Below, piece after piece: positions 7,363 through 15,999 of a DNA stretch of 20,558 nucleotides. A model generated the notes under the pieces. The model saw only the letters and a list, made by a program, of their open reading frames with translations. It searched no databases and was not told the origin of the DNA. The position numbers and the translations under genes were made by a program. The stretch lies in assembly GCA_046757165.1 (NCBI GenBank), contig JBHHXT010000079.1, positions 1 to 20,558 on the forward strand, written 5' to 3'. The stretch comes from a bacterium. GTDB lineage: Bacteria; Zhuqueibacterota; Zhuqueibacteria; Oceanimicrobiales; Oceanimicrobiaceae. The number at the start of each line of letters is the position of its first letter. Position 1 is the stretch's first letter.

Positions 7363-8257
7363 GATTGAAATCGCTATCCCTTGCTATAATGAAGAAGCGA
7401 CTGTCGTGAAGGTGGTTTCCGATTTTCGCGAGGCGATCCCGAACGCGGATATTGTTGTGTACGACAACAACTCCAGTGATGCAACCGCTGAACGTGCGCT
7501 GCAAGCCGGTGCCCGCGTGGCAAGAGTAAACCAGCAGGGCAAAGGGCATGTCGTGGAAGCCATTTTCGAGACGACCGATGCTGATGTCGTGATCATGGTC
7601 GATGGCGATGATACCTATGAGGCTCAGGATGTGGTGAAGTTGATCGAGGAGCTGGAGGAAGACGGAGCAGACATGGTTATTGGTACCCGGTTACAGAACG
7701 GCACGGGCGAGTTTCGCCCCATGCACTACTTTGGCAATCGACTCCTGACTCGGACTCTAAATCTCATTTTCGGAACCCGCCATCGAGACATCCTGTCCGG
7801 ATACCGTGCGTTTAGCCGCCGTTTCATTGAGAATGTGCCGGTACTCAGCAACGGGTTTGAGGTCGAGACCGAGCTCATGGTTCAGGCGCTCGAAAATGGC
7901 ATGGGAGTCGCGGAAATTCCCATCCGCTTCCGTGACCGGCCCGAGGGCAGCGTCAGCAAACTGCGTACAATCAGGGATGGCTATCGCATCATTGTAATGA
8001 TGGTCACACTCTTTCGAGACCACAGGCCGCTTTTTGCCTTTAGCATCGCTGGTTTGGTTTCGGCCCTGGCAGGCGCTCCGCTCTGGCTATTGGGTTTCCT
8101 GTATGGCGAGCAGAGCAAACTGTTCACACTTTTCCGAAACGTTGGTGCGACCATGATCATGCTGACGCTTGGCTTGTTTCTTGTTGGGCTTATCCTCAAC
8201 ACCATAAACACGCGCTTTCGTGAATTACAAACACTAGCGAAAAGGAAACGTCTATGA
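7352..8257 (+). CDS. Glycosyltransferase family 2, DPM1/GtrB-like polyprenol-phosphate glycosyltransferase with two C-terminal TM helices
   Basis: RBS AGGAGG at 7341-7346; IPCYNEE, YDNNSSD, QGKG, VDGDDTY, DILSGYRAFSR, GFEVETE and RPEGSVSKL; two hydrophobic segments near the C-terminus. Confidence 0.92.
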   Translation: MADKIEIAIPCYNEEATVVKVVSDFREAIPNADIVVYDNNSSDATAERALQAGARVARVNQQGKGHVVEAIFETTDADVVIMVDGDDTYEAQDVVKLIEELEEDGADMVIGTRLQNGTGEFRPMHYFGNRLLTRTLNLIFGTRHRDILSGYRAFSRRFIENVPVLSNGFEVETELMVQALENGMGVAEIPIRFRDRPEGSVSKLRTIRDGYRIIVMMVTLFRDHRPLFAFSIAGLVSALAGAPLWLLGFLYGEQSKLFTLFRNVGATMIMLTLGLFLVGLILNTINTRFRELQTLAKRKRL

Positions 8258-9174
8258 GTACCGCTATCCTTGAACATGTTCCCTGCAACCTGTGCAATGC
8301 CGACGAAGCGGTCGTGATCTATCCTGGTCAAACCAATGGTTCGTCCGGTGTCAAGGCAAACGAAATCCGCGCTTCCGGTGATGAGCCGCTGCAGCAACCA
8401 CTAGTCAAGTGCGGCGCATGCGGTTTCGAATACGTGACACCGCGTCTGAATTCGAAAATGGTTCTCGACGGCTACACAATTGCAGTTGATGAGACCTTCG
8501 TATCGCAGGCGAAAGGTCGGGAACTCACCTTCAAACGGTGTCTCGCGGTCGTCCAGGAAGCGTGGCAGCAAAAGCCGGGACGGATTCTTGACGTCGGGAC
8601 GGCCAATGGTTCCTTCCTGAAGGTTGCTAAAGATGCCGGATGGCAAGTCGACGGTTGTGAACCCAACCGGTGGATGTGTGATTGGTGCAAAAAAAATTAC
8701 GGCATCGACATCAAGCAGGGCACCATCTTCGACATGGCGTGCGCGGACGAGATCTTCGATGTCGTGACATTATGGGACGTTCTGGAACACACGCCAGATC
8801 CGATGGCTACCATTCGTGAGTGCATGCGCGTTCTCAATCCTGGCGGGCTTCTGGTGGTCAACTATCCAGATATTGGCTCCTGGATTTCGCGCTTGATGGG
8901 GCGCAAATGGGTATTTCTGCTGTCCGTACACTACTACTACTTCACACGGCGGACAATTCGTGAGGCGCTGGCAAAGGCCGGTTTGGAGATGGTTCTGCTC
9001 AAACCCCATTTTCAACGTTTACAATTCGATTATATCCTCCTCCGAGCGACACCTTACATCGGCGTTCTCGGAAAGGCAGCCCGCTCTGCCGTCAATTTCT
9101 GCAAATTGGGCAAGTTGCAAATTCCCTATTGGATGGGGCAAACCCTGGCGGTCGCCAGAAAGAAAGGGAGCTGA
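8254..9174 (+). CDS. Class I SAM-dependent methyltransferase with N-terminal Cys4 (putative Zn) motif
   Basis: CNLC...CGAC; ILDVGTANGSF; FDVVTLWDVLEHTPDP; LNPGGLL; ATGA overlap with the GT2. Confidence 0.92.
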   Translation: MSTAILEHVPCNLCNADEAVVIYPGQTNGSSGVKANEIRASGDEPLQQPLVKCGACGFEYVTPRLNSKMVLDGYTIAVDETFVSQAKGRELTFKRCLAVVQEAWQQKPGRILDVGTANGSFLKVAKDAGWQVDGCEPNRWMCDWCKKNYGIDIKQGTIFDMACADEIFDVVTLWDVLEHTPDPMATIRECMRVLNPGGLLVVNYPDIGSWISRLMGRKWVFLLSVHYYYFTRRTIREALAKAGLEMVLLKPHFQRLQFDYILLRATPYIGVLGKAARSAVNFCKLGKLQIPYWMGQTLAVARKKGS

Positions 9175-9180
9175 GTACAC

Positions 9181-10605
9181 ATGAAGAAGAAAGTTGTCAT
9201 TCTTGGTGCGGGCGTAGGCGGTCTGTCGGCTGGCTGGATGCTGGCCAGAACAGGTCATTATGACGTCACGGTCGTGGAGCGCGCCCCCGTGGTAGGTGGC
9301 GCCTGCGGGACGTTCGAGCACAACGGCTTCCTGCTCGACTACGGACCTCACAAATGCTATTCCGTTCTCCCGGGCGTCCTGACGGAGCTGCGCGAGTTGA
9401 TGGGGGATGAGCTCATCGAACATGAGAAACGCAACAGCATCTATCTGTTTGGCAGCTTGCTCGATTATCCCGTGCGCATGACAGATCTCGCTCTGAAGAT
9501 GGGGGTGAAGAACCTGGTGCAGTGTGGCGTTGGCGCTGCCGGAACTTTGTTCAACGGCAAGAAGAACGACCACCAGCAGGACTCGTACGAGACTTATGTA
9601 ATTAGCCGGTTTGGCCGCAGGCTTTACGAGCTGGTATTCGAGCCGTTGGCGGAGAAGGTGTGGGGCGAGCCCGCCACGCTGTCCGCAGATATCGCCGCCA
9701 CCCGTATCCCCAACACCAGCGTCGTGGATGTTGCGCTCAAAGCCGTTGGACTCAAGAAGGAGTCGGAAATGACCGACGCCAAGTTCTTCTACTATCCAAA
9801 GCGTGGTTTCGGCCGCATCCCCGAGCGCATGAAAGAGGAGATCGTCAAGGCGGGTGGCAGGGTACTGACGGGTGTGAGTCCGACACGCATCACCAGCAAA
9901 GATTTTGGCGTGCAGGATGTACATATCGGCTCGAATGGTACGAGCGGCTTGCTGCCGTGTGATCTGCTGATTTCATCCATCCCGTTGGATATCCTGGCCA
10001 ATCTCATGAAGCACGACGATGACCATGAAGTCAACGGCATGTTGGAGAACGCGCAGCGGCTACAGTACCGCACGACGTTCCTGGTCTACATCTTTTTGAA
10101 CCAGGATAGGGTCACGGACCAGCATTGGATATTTTTCCCAGAGCGTGATTTGATTTTTTCGCGTGTCTTCGAGCAAAAGCGGATGAGCGAGGAAATGTGC
10201 CCATCAGGCCGGACGGTGCTGGGATGCGATTTCACAGACGAAGTGGGCGGAACACTTTCCAGACTGTCCGATGAGGAGTTGGCAGAGCGCTGCGTTTCGG
10301 ATTTGGCGAAGCTCGAGATGATCAAGCGCGAGTGGGTGACTGGCATGCATGTCCGGCGGTTGCCAAAGTTTTACCCGCGTTACGACCTGCACTACAAAGA
10401 AACGGTTGGCAGGCTCTACCAGTCGGCGAAGCGCTACAAGAATCTGCTGACGACGGGCCGCATTGGATTCTACAATTACAATAACAGCGATCACTGCGTC
10501 GATATGGGGAGATTCATCGCGGACAATCTCGAAGCCGGGAAAACCACCAACGAGATTTGGACAGAGATGGAAACTCGGGTCGCGGATTACCGGATCGTGG
10601 ACTGA
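9181..10605 (+). CDS. FAD-dependent oxidoreductase (HemY/UDP-galactopyranose-mutase-like superfamily)
   Basis: VVILGAGVGGLSAG...VVERAPVVGG dinucleotide-binding motif; DYGPH; FYYPKRGFG; C-terminal GRIGFYNYNNSDH. Confidence 0.88.
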   Translation: MKKKVVILGAGVGGLSAGWMLARTGHYDVTVVERAPVVGGACGTFEHNGFLLDYGPHKCYSVLPGVLTELRELMGDELIEHEKRNSIYLFGSLLDYPVRMTDLALKMGVKNLVQCGVGAAGTLFNGKKNDHQQDSYETYVISRFGRRLYELVFEPLAEKVWGEPATLSADIAATRIPNTSVVDVALKAVGLKKESEMTDAKFFYYPKRGFGRIPERMKEEIVKAGGRVLTGVSPTRITSKDFGVQDVHIGSNGTSGLLPCDLLISSIPLDILANLMKHDDDHEVNGMLENAQRLQYRTTFLVYIFLNQDRVTDQHWIFFPERDLIFSRVFEQKRMSEEMCPSGRTVLGCDFTDEVGGTLSRLSDEELAERCVSDLAKLEMIKREWVTGMHVRRLPKFYPRYDLHYKETVGRLYQSAKRYKNLLTTGRIGFYNYNNSDHCVDMGRFIADNLEAGKTTNEIWTEMETRVADYRIVD

Positions 10606-12404
10606 TGTACCGAGCGAAAGCGTCTTCAACTGGCGACCACAACGCAGGCCCGAGCTTGCTCTACAGCCGCCGGTTTACCGGGGTCGCTATTGTAAGCGTT
10701 GTCATACTTTTTGTGATGAGGTCGTACAACTCGTTTTATGTCTACAACGCGGCTTATTTTCCTGTCTTCAAATCGTTGTTCAACCCGGGAATGTTTGCAG
10801 GAGACATCTTTCAGGACTCGGTGGTGCTGAAAGCGAGCTTGTTCTATCCGCTTGTCAGGCTACTGGCCCGCCTTGCTGCGTCGATAGGCCACGAGAATCT
10901 ACTATTCGTGTTGTTCATCTTGACCAATCTCGCGGTACTGCTCGTTTGCTATCGCACGGGACGGCTGTTCGGACCGAAGAATCTTGCCCTGCTGTTTGTG
11001 ATTGTCTTGTTTACACAGTTTCAATTGCTGGCGGGCGCCGACGTTTCAATCGTATACGCCCACCATTTCTCTCAGACCGCAGTCTCTGTCGTGCCAGCGT
11101 TTTTGACGCTCTACTGGTATCTCCGCAGAAAGCCGTTCTTGTCATTGTTGGCGTTAGCCTTGACCCTGGCGGTGCATACGAAAACGGGTTTCGCTGTTGG
11201 CCTGGTTTTGGGCATGGTTCTTCTGTTGGACCTGGTCAGGCCGGTTCGGATTCGGAAGACCCTCCTGTGGAGCATGGCCTTGACCGCGCCTTTGTTCCTG
11301 GCGATCGCATGGTACTTTCTGCGACTGTCGCGAGCCTTTGCCGGTTGTGATGAATTGGTGACGATCATGATCACCATGCAGGGCGGTGAAGTCGATCTGC
11401 TACACCCGGGGACTTTGCAGTTCCCTTTACTCAACTACATGTTGTTGAATGCCGCTGCAGCGGTGATTTACTTACGCTACGCGGAGCGGTCGGAGGTCGA
11501 ACGGCTTGCGTTTCGGTTACTTGTCGCCACGAATCTGGCGCTCGTTCTGGGCGCGATTGTCTCTTTCGTGCATTATCATGTCATGCCCGTTCCATCTCTG
11601 ATGCTGCAAGCCTGGCCCCGCATCGGCCTGATCTCGACCTGGTTGTCGCTGCTCATCGTGAGCCACTTTCTTCTGACTTACCATGCGGTTTGGGATGAGT
11701 GGCCTCGAGTCGTGCAAGCAATCGTCGCGTTTCTGGTCAGTGCCATTTTTCTGAACACCTACAACAAGAAGTTTCTGATGCTGGCGGCGCTTATCGTTGC
11801 GGGCACATTTCTGGCCATCCATCTTGGGCGATTTCCGCGCCGACGGTTTCTGCCGGTTATGGTTTGGGGGTTCCTGGGATTAACGGTACTGCATAAAGCC
11901 AACGACCTCAACTTTGTGCTGCATCAAAGGATTGAGAAACAGTGGATGGCAACGCCATACAGAACGCCCTATAGCTACGACCCGGTTGAGTACAACATCT
12001 GCACCTGGCTCAACCGCCATGCCCGTCCGGACAAGATGATCGTTTATCCCGTTCTTGAAGCCGGAAAGCTGCAGTTGCGTGAGATTCGGCGCTACTCTGA
12101 GCGCCCCTGGTTTGTGACTGATTATTTGATGGATTACTTCGGTTCCTGCGCTGCATTCGAGACATGGAAGCAGCGTCGTGCCGTTGTGGAAGATTGGCTC
12201 GCAACTGGAGAAATTGCGTGGCTGGCAGAAAACAACGTAGGGTACATTATCGTGAAAAAACAGGATAGAGCGCGGTTTGACCTTGCACCAGGGGCATCCG
12301 TCTATCAGAGTGGGGAGTTGCTGGTTTATGAGGTGGACAGTGATGCTTTTTCTGCAAGCGAGGGGCGCGCTCTGAGTCAGACGACAAGCACTGCCAGACC
12401 CTGA
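10605..12404 (+). CDS. Polytopic membrane protein, possible GT-C-type (lipid-phosphate-sugar dependent) transferase
   Basis: Start at ATG 10605 via a TGATG overlap; roughly a dozen hydrophobic segments by eye; loop after TM1 containing FAGDIFQD; soluble C-terminal domain of ~130 aa (WLNRHARPD...IRRYSERPWFV). The CDS is confident; the function is inferred. Confidence 0.7.
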   Translation: MYRAKASSTGDHNAGPSLLYSRRFTGVAIVSVVILFVMRSYNSFYVYNAAYFPVFKSLFNPGMFAGDIFQDSVVLKASLFYPLVRLLARLAASIGHENLLFVLFILTNLAVLLVCYRTGRLFGPKNLALLFVIVLFTQFQLLAGADVSIVYAHHFSQTAVSVVPAFLTLYWYLRRKPFLSLLALALTLAVHTKTGFAVGLVLGMVLLLDLVRPVRIRKTLLWSMALTAPLFLAIAWYFLRLSRAFAGCDELVTIMITMQGGEVDLLHPGTLQFPLLNYMLLNAAAAVIYLRYAERSEVERLAFRLLVATNLALVLGAIVSFVHYHVMPVPSLMLQAWPRIGLISTWLSLLIVSHFLLTYHAVWDEWPRVVQAIVAFLVSAIFLNTYNKKFLMLAALIVAGTFLAIHLGRFPRRRFLPVMVWGFLGLTVLHKANDLNFVLHQRIEKQWMATPYRTPYSYDPVEYNICTWLNRHARPDKMIVYPVLEAGKLQLREIRRYSERPWFVTDYLMDYFGSCAAFETWKQRRAVVEDWLATGEIAWLAENNVGYIIVKKQDRARFDLAPGASVYQSGELLVYEVDSDAFSASEGRALSQTTSTARP

Positions 12405-12457
12405 AGTCCTCGCCTTCGAAGATTCTACGCTGGCAGAAGCCAAGGTTTTGTGGGCAA

Positions 12458-13207
12458 GTGATTGAAGTTGGCACACAATCGAGTATTCGCCTGCACATTT
12501 CTCCTGATCTGCCGCGGCTTTCAGAACAAGCCGCGCGCGCGTTTGCCGACATCCACGCCGGTGGCGGGAACCGGTTCTACGTGGTCCCCGGCGGTCAGAC
12601 GCCTGCTCTGTTCTATTCTGCCATAAGACGGTTGGCCGGGGAGTGGCAAGACACAAGATTTATCCTTTCCGATGAAAGATTGGTTGCCGCGGACAGTTCT
12701 CTCTCAAACCAGCGCTTGTTTTTGGACCAGTTTCTGAACCAGATTCGCGGCATGCACAGACCGGAGTTTTTCCGTCTGGATACGGAAGCGCTGCGGGCCC
12801 TGGACCGCGACCAGGTGCTTCCGAACATGGCGGAGACGCTCTCAGCCTGGGGGGAACCGCAGCTGGCCATTCTCGGACTTGGCGCGGATGGGCACACAGC
12901 TTCTCTGTTTCCCGCCGACGGTCTGGCGTCAGGGCAAACGACCCAGCCCTGGCATTTCGCCCGGAAGGTCGACGAACCTTTTACGAGAATCTCTTTGACA
13001 TTCGAGTATCTTCGCAAGGCAAAACGTGTCTTTTTTCTGGTCAGCGGCAAGGGCAAGGCGAGGGCGCTAGCGGATTGCCTCAATTCCAGTTTTCGACCAG
13101 AGGCCCTGCCGGCACAGGTGGTGCTGCAGCGGTTTAGCTGTCCCATCGACCTCTTTTGCGATGAGGCAGCGGCAAGCCTGCTTCAACCCGTGGCGGCATC
13201 ATTTTGA
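12458..13207 (+). CDS. pgl: 6-phosphogluconolactonase
   Basis: PGGQTP, SDERLV...SN, LGLGADGHTASLFP, RISLT and VSGKGKA motifs; GTG start. Confidence 0.9.
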   Translation: MIEVGTQSSIRLHISPDLPRLSEQAARAFADIHAGGGNRFYVVPGGQTPALFYSAIRRLAGEWQDTRFILSDERLVAADSSLSNQRLFLDQFLNQIRGMHRPEFFRLDTEALRALDRDQVLPNMAETLSAWGEPQLAILGLGADGHTASLFPADGLASGQTTQPWHFARKVDEPFTRISLTFEYLRKAKRVFFLVSGKGKARALADCLNSSFRPEALPAQVVLQRFSCPIDLFCDEAAASLLQPVAASF

Positions 13208-13232
13208 CACCCAACATTTCTGGAGGTGCACT

Positions 13233-14156
13233 TTGAAAGTAGTGGTTTTCGGAGGCTCTGGTTTTCTCGGCAGCCACGTTGCGGATTGTCTTTCCGACAG
13301 AAACTACGACGTGCACATCCTGGACCTGGTGCGATCGCCCTATCTTCGCAAAGACCAGAAGATGGTCGAAGGCGACATATTGGATCCGGTTCGTGTCTGC
13401 GAAGTCGTCCGGGGTGCAGACTATGTGTACAACTTCGCCGGCCTGGCGGATATGGACTCGGCCACGACCAGACCGGTCGACACGGTAAATCTGAACATCA
13501 TGGGCAATTTGAACATCCTGGAGGCGTGCGTTCGGAATCATGTCAGCCGCTATGTTTTTGCCAGCACCATCTACGTCTACAGCCAGAAGGGGGGCTTTTA
13601 CCGCTGCAGCAAGCAGGCTTCCGAGCTGTACATCGAGGAGTACAATCGGCGCTACGGCTTGGGATTCACCATCCTGAGATATGGCACGTTATATGGCACA
13701 CGGGCGGATGAGCGCAACAGCATTTACAGCTATCTGAAACAGGCGCTGGAAACCGGCCATCTCGAGGTGATGGCAAACGGGGAAGAGGTGCGAGAATACA
13801 TCAACGTCAAAGACGCCGCCCGGTTGAGCGTCGATATTCTCTCAGAGCGCTACAAGAATAAGCACATGATCATCACCGGCCACCACCCGATGAAGTACAT
13901 CGATATGCTCAAGATGATCAAAGAGATTCTGGGCACGGAGCTGACCGTGGAATACAACGACGACTATTCAGACCATTATAATTACACGCCCTATTCGTTC
14001 GTGCCCAAGATCGGCCACAAGCTGGTCAGCAATGAGTATCTGGAGATGGGCAACGGGCTGCTGGAGGTCATGAATGAGATCTATCAAAAGACCAGGGGAG
14101 TGGAGAAAAAGGAACCTGAAGCGATCGATAATGGCGGGGTTCGTGTTGTTCATTGA
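13233..14156 (+). CDS. NAD-dependent epimerase/dehydratase (extended SDR)
   Basis: TTG start at 13233 behind GGAGG (13222-13226); GGSGFLGSH, GDILD, NFAG, FAST, YRCSK (YxxxK), LRYGTLYG and REYINVKDAA. Confidence 0.92.
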   Translation: MKVVVFGGSGFLGSHVADCLSDRNYDVHILDLVRSPYLRKDQKMVEGDILDPVRVCEVVRGADYVYNFAGLADMDSATTRPVDTVNLNIMGNLNILEACVRNHVSRYVFASTIYVYSQKGGFYRCSKQASELYIEEYNRRYGLGFTILRYGTLYGTRADERNSIYSYLKQALETGHLEVMANGEEVREYINVKDAARLSVDILSERYKNKHMIITGHHPMKYIDMLKMIKEILGTELTVEYNDDYSDHYNYTPYSFVPKIGHKLVSNEYLEMGNGLLEVMNEIYQKTRGVEKKEPEAIDNGGVRVVH

Positions 14157-14190
14157 CCGCCCCTGGCGGAGGGCGGAGGGCAAAGAGCAG

Positions 14191-15990
14191 GTGCGCGTTG
14201 TCCAACCTGCACCCAGAACGTCTTACGGTGAATCTCGGCGGCGACAGCCCAATTCTGCGACAAAGAAATCAAGGGAGAGAACGGTTCTTGATGTTTCCAA
14301 CCTCTCCCTCGATGACATCCACCGGATGAAGAGGCTGAGAAACGAGCTGCTGGACGAATACCATGCGCTTCTCGCCGAAATACTCGACGCGAGCGATAAG
14401 AGCATCGCGTGGCTTGTCAACGCCACCGGCAGCCGGGATCCCTACATCAACGACTTGTTCCGCCACTGCTGTTATCTGGATCTGATAAAATCGGTAACGA
14501 GCACGAGCAAAACGGTCCAGAGAGTCATCGTGCCAACTCGTTCACTAGGTCGGGTTTTGGAGGCGTACTTCGCCCAAACCGGCGACCACATAGAGGTGGT
14601 CGTCCGGCAATCCTTCCGGAGCAGATTCATCGAAGGGTGCCGGGCCGTTCTGAATTTCTGCTTTCTGCTGCGAAATCTTGGCCGCATGGTTCTTTCCAGA
14701 AGTGCGCAACGCCGGGCGCGTCTCGATGCCAGCCAGGAGATCACGCTTGTCGACACGTTCATCCTGCCTGACAGCGTCCGCGCGGGACGATACCTTGACC
14801 GCTATTATCCTGGCATGCTCGAACACTTGTCCGAAGCGGAGCGCGCACGGGTTTATTTTGCTCCCACTGTGCTGGACAAGTACGACAAAGAGACATTTGC
14901 CAGCCTCGCCTCCCGCTCGCCGGTCAATCTGCTCTTCAAGCATGACTACCTGAAGGTTTATGACTACCTCTACGCGCTCTTTTGTTGTGCGCGCATCCGG
15001 AAGATCGATTTCAGCCGGTTCAGATTTCGCGAGTTTGGCATTGCCCCCCTGCTGCGTGAAACCTTCCGCAGAAATCGCTTTCATCACTCTTCTATCCTGG
15101 CGATTCTGGACTACTGCTTCTTCAAGCGCTTGCGGAAAAGTGGCGTCCGGCTGCGTTTGGTCGTCGACTGGTTCGAGAACCAGGTGATCGACCACGGGTT
15201 CAACAAAGGACTGCGGGCGTATTATCCCAAAACGCCGTCAGTTGGCTATCTCGGGTTCACGCTCTCGACAGACGTGATTCATTACATCATGCCCGCCCCC
15301 TATGAATCGGCCCTCGGGGTCGTCCCGGATGAAATGGCGGTGACCGGGACCGGGCTTGTCAATCAACCCCGCTTGTTCGACAAAGAGCTGAAAGTCACGG
15401 TGGCACCGGCGTTTCGTGCCAGAGATGTGTGGCAACCGTTTGAACGAGCCTCTGACGGAGAACCGGACGTGGTGCTGGTTGCTTTGCCCATCACGGTCCA
15501 GGAGAGCACCGAAATCATCCGGATGGTGGCCGAGGCGGTGCAGCTCGGGCAGACGGAGGGGGTCGGGTTTCACATCAAACCTCACCCGTCGCTGGATATG
15601 ATCTTGGTGAAAGGCCAGCTCGCGTGCCTCTGGCCCAAAGAGTTTGAAATCGTGGGCGGGGATTTCAAATCGTGCCTCGAGAAGGCTGGTCTGTTGATCA
15701 GCAGCTCGTCCGGAACCTGTCTGGAAACCCTGACCCGGGGCATCCCGGTCATCGTTGTCGGAACGCAATGCAATCTGGCGCGAAATCCGATCCCGGAGAG
15801 CGTGCCGGGCGAATTGTGGCAAGTGTGCTGTTCTGCGGCGGAACTCCGCCTGGCGATCCAGCGGTTTCTCGCACTCCCGGCAGAGCGGAAGCGTCGCTTC
15901 GAAGAGGTCGGCGCCAGGATCCGGGAAGAGTATTTCGAGCCTGTCACCCGGGCCAGGGTTCGGGAATTCTTGAAGTTGGAGGGAGACTAG
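14191..15990 (+). CDS. Hypothetical protein with GT-B-like C-terminus (possible CMP/CDP-donor transferase)
   Basis: Long ORF with host-like composition; FHIKPHP and LLISSSSGTCLETLTRGIPVIV motifs. Start is uncertain: GTG 14191 after GGAGG 14175-14179, ATG 14131, or near 14281 after AGGGAG. Confidence 0.7.
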   Translation: MRVVQPAPRTSYGESRRRQPNSATKKSRERTVLDVSNLSLDDIHRMKRLRNELLDEYHALLAEILDASDKSIAWLVNATGSRDPYINDLFRHCCYLDLIKSVTSTSKTVQRVIVPTRSLGRVLEAYFAQTGDHIEVVVRQSFRSRFIEGCRAVLNFCFLLRNLGRMVLSRSAQRRARLDASQEITLVDTFILPDSVRAGRYLDRYYPGMLEHLSEAERARVYFAPTVLDKYDKETFASLASRSPVNLLFKHDYLKVYDYLYALFCCARIRKIDFSRFRFREFGIAPLLRETFRRNRFHHSSILAILDYCFFKRLRKSGVRLRLVVDWFENQVIDHGFNKGLRAYYPKTPSVGYLGFTLSTDVIHYIMPAPYESALGVVPDEMAVTGTGLVNQPRLFDKELKVTVAPAFRARDVWQPFERASDGEPDVVLVALPITVQESTEIIRMVAEAVQLGQTEGVGFHIKPHPSLDMILVKGQLACLWPKEFEIVGGDFKSCLEKAGLLISSSSGTCLETLTRGIPVIVVGTQCNLARNPIPESVPGELWQVCCSAAELRLAIQRFLALPAERKRRFEEVGARIREEYFEPVTRARVREFLKLEGD

Positions 15991-15999
15991 GCAAGGGCC

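Noticed and set aside
9181..10605. Calling the FAD protein HemY protoporphyrinogen oxidase or Glf
   Set aside because: Only superfamily-level motifs are visible; the glycan context argues against heme synthesis, and Glf-specific identity cannot be confirmed by eye.
10463..11350. 295-aa alternative-frame ORF on the + strand
   Set aside because: It overlaps the oxidoreductase end and the membrane protein, has atypical composition and shows no motif; the membrane-protein frame has the TGATG coupling.
14157..14180. GC-rich hairpin CCGCCC...GGGCGG after the epimerase stop
   Set aside because: No following U-tract, and it overlaps the probable RBS of the next gene, so it cannot be called a terminator.
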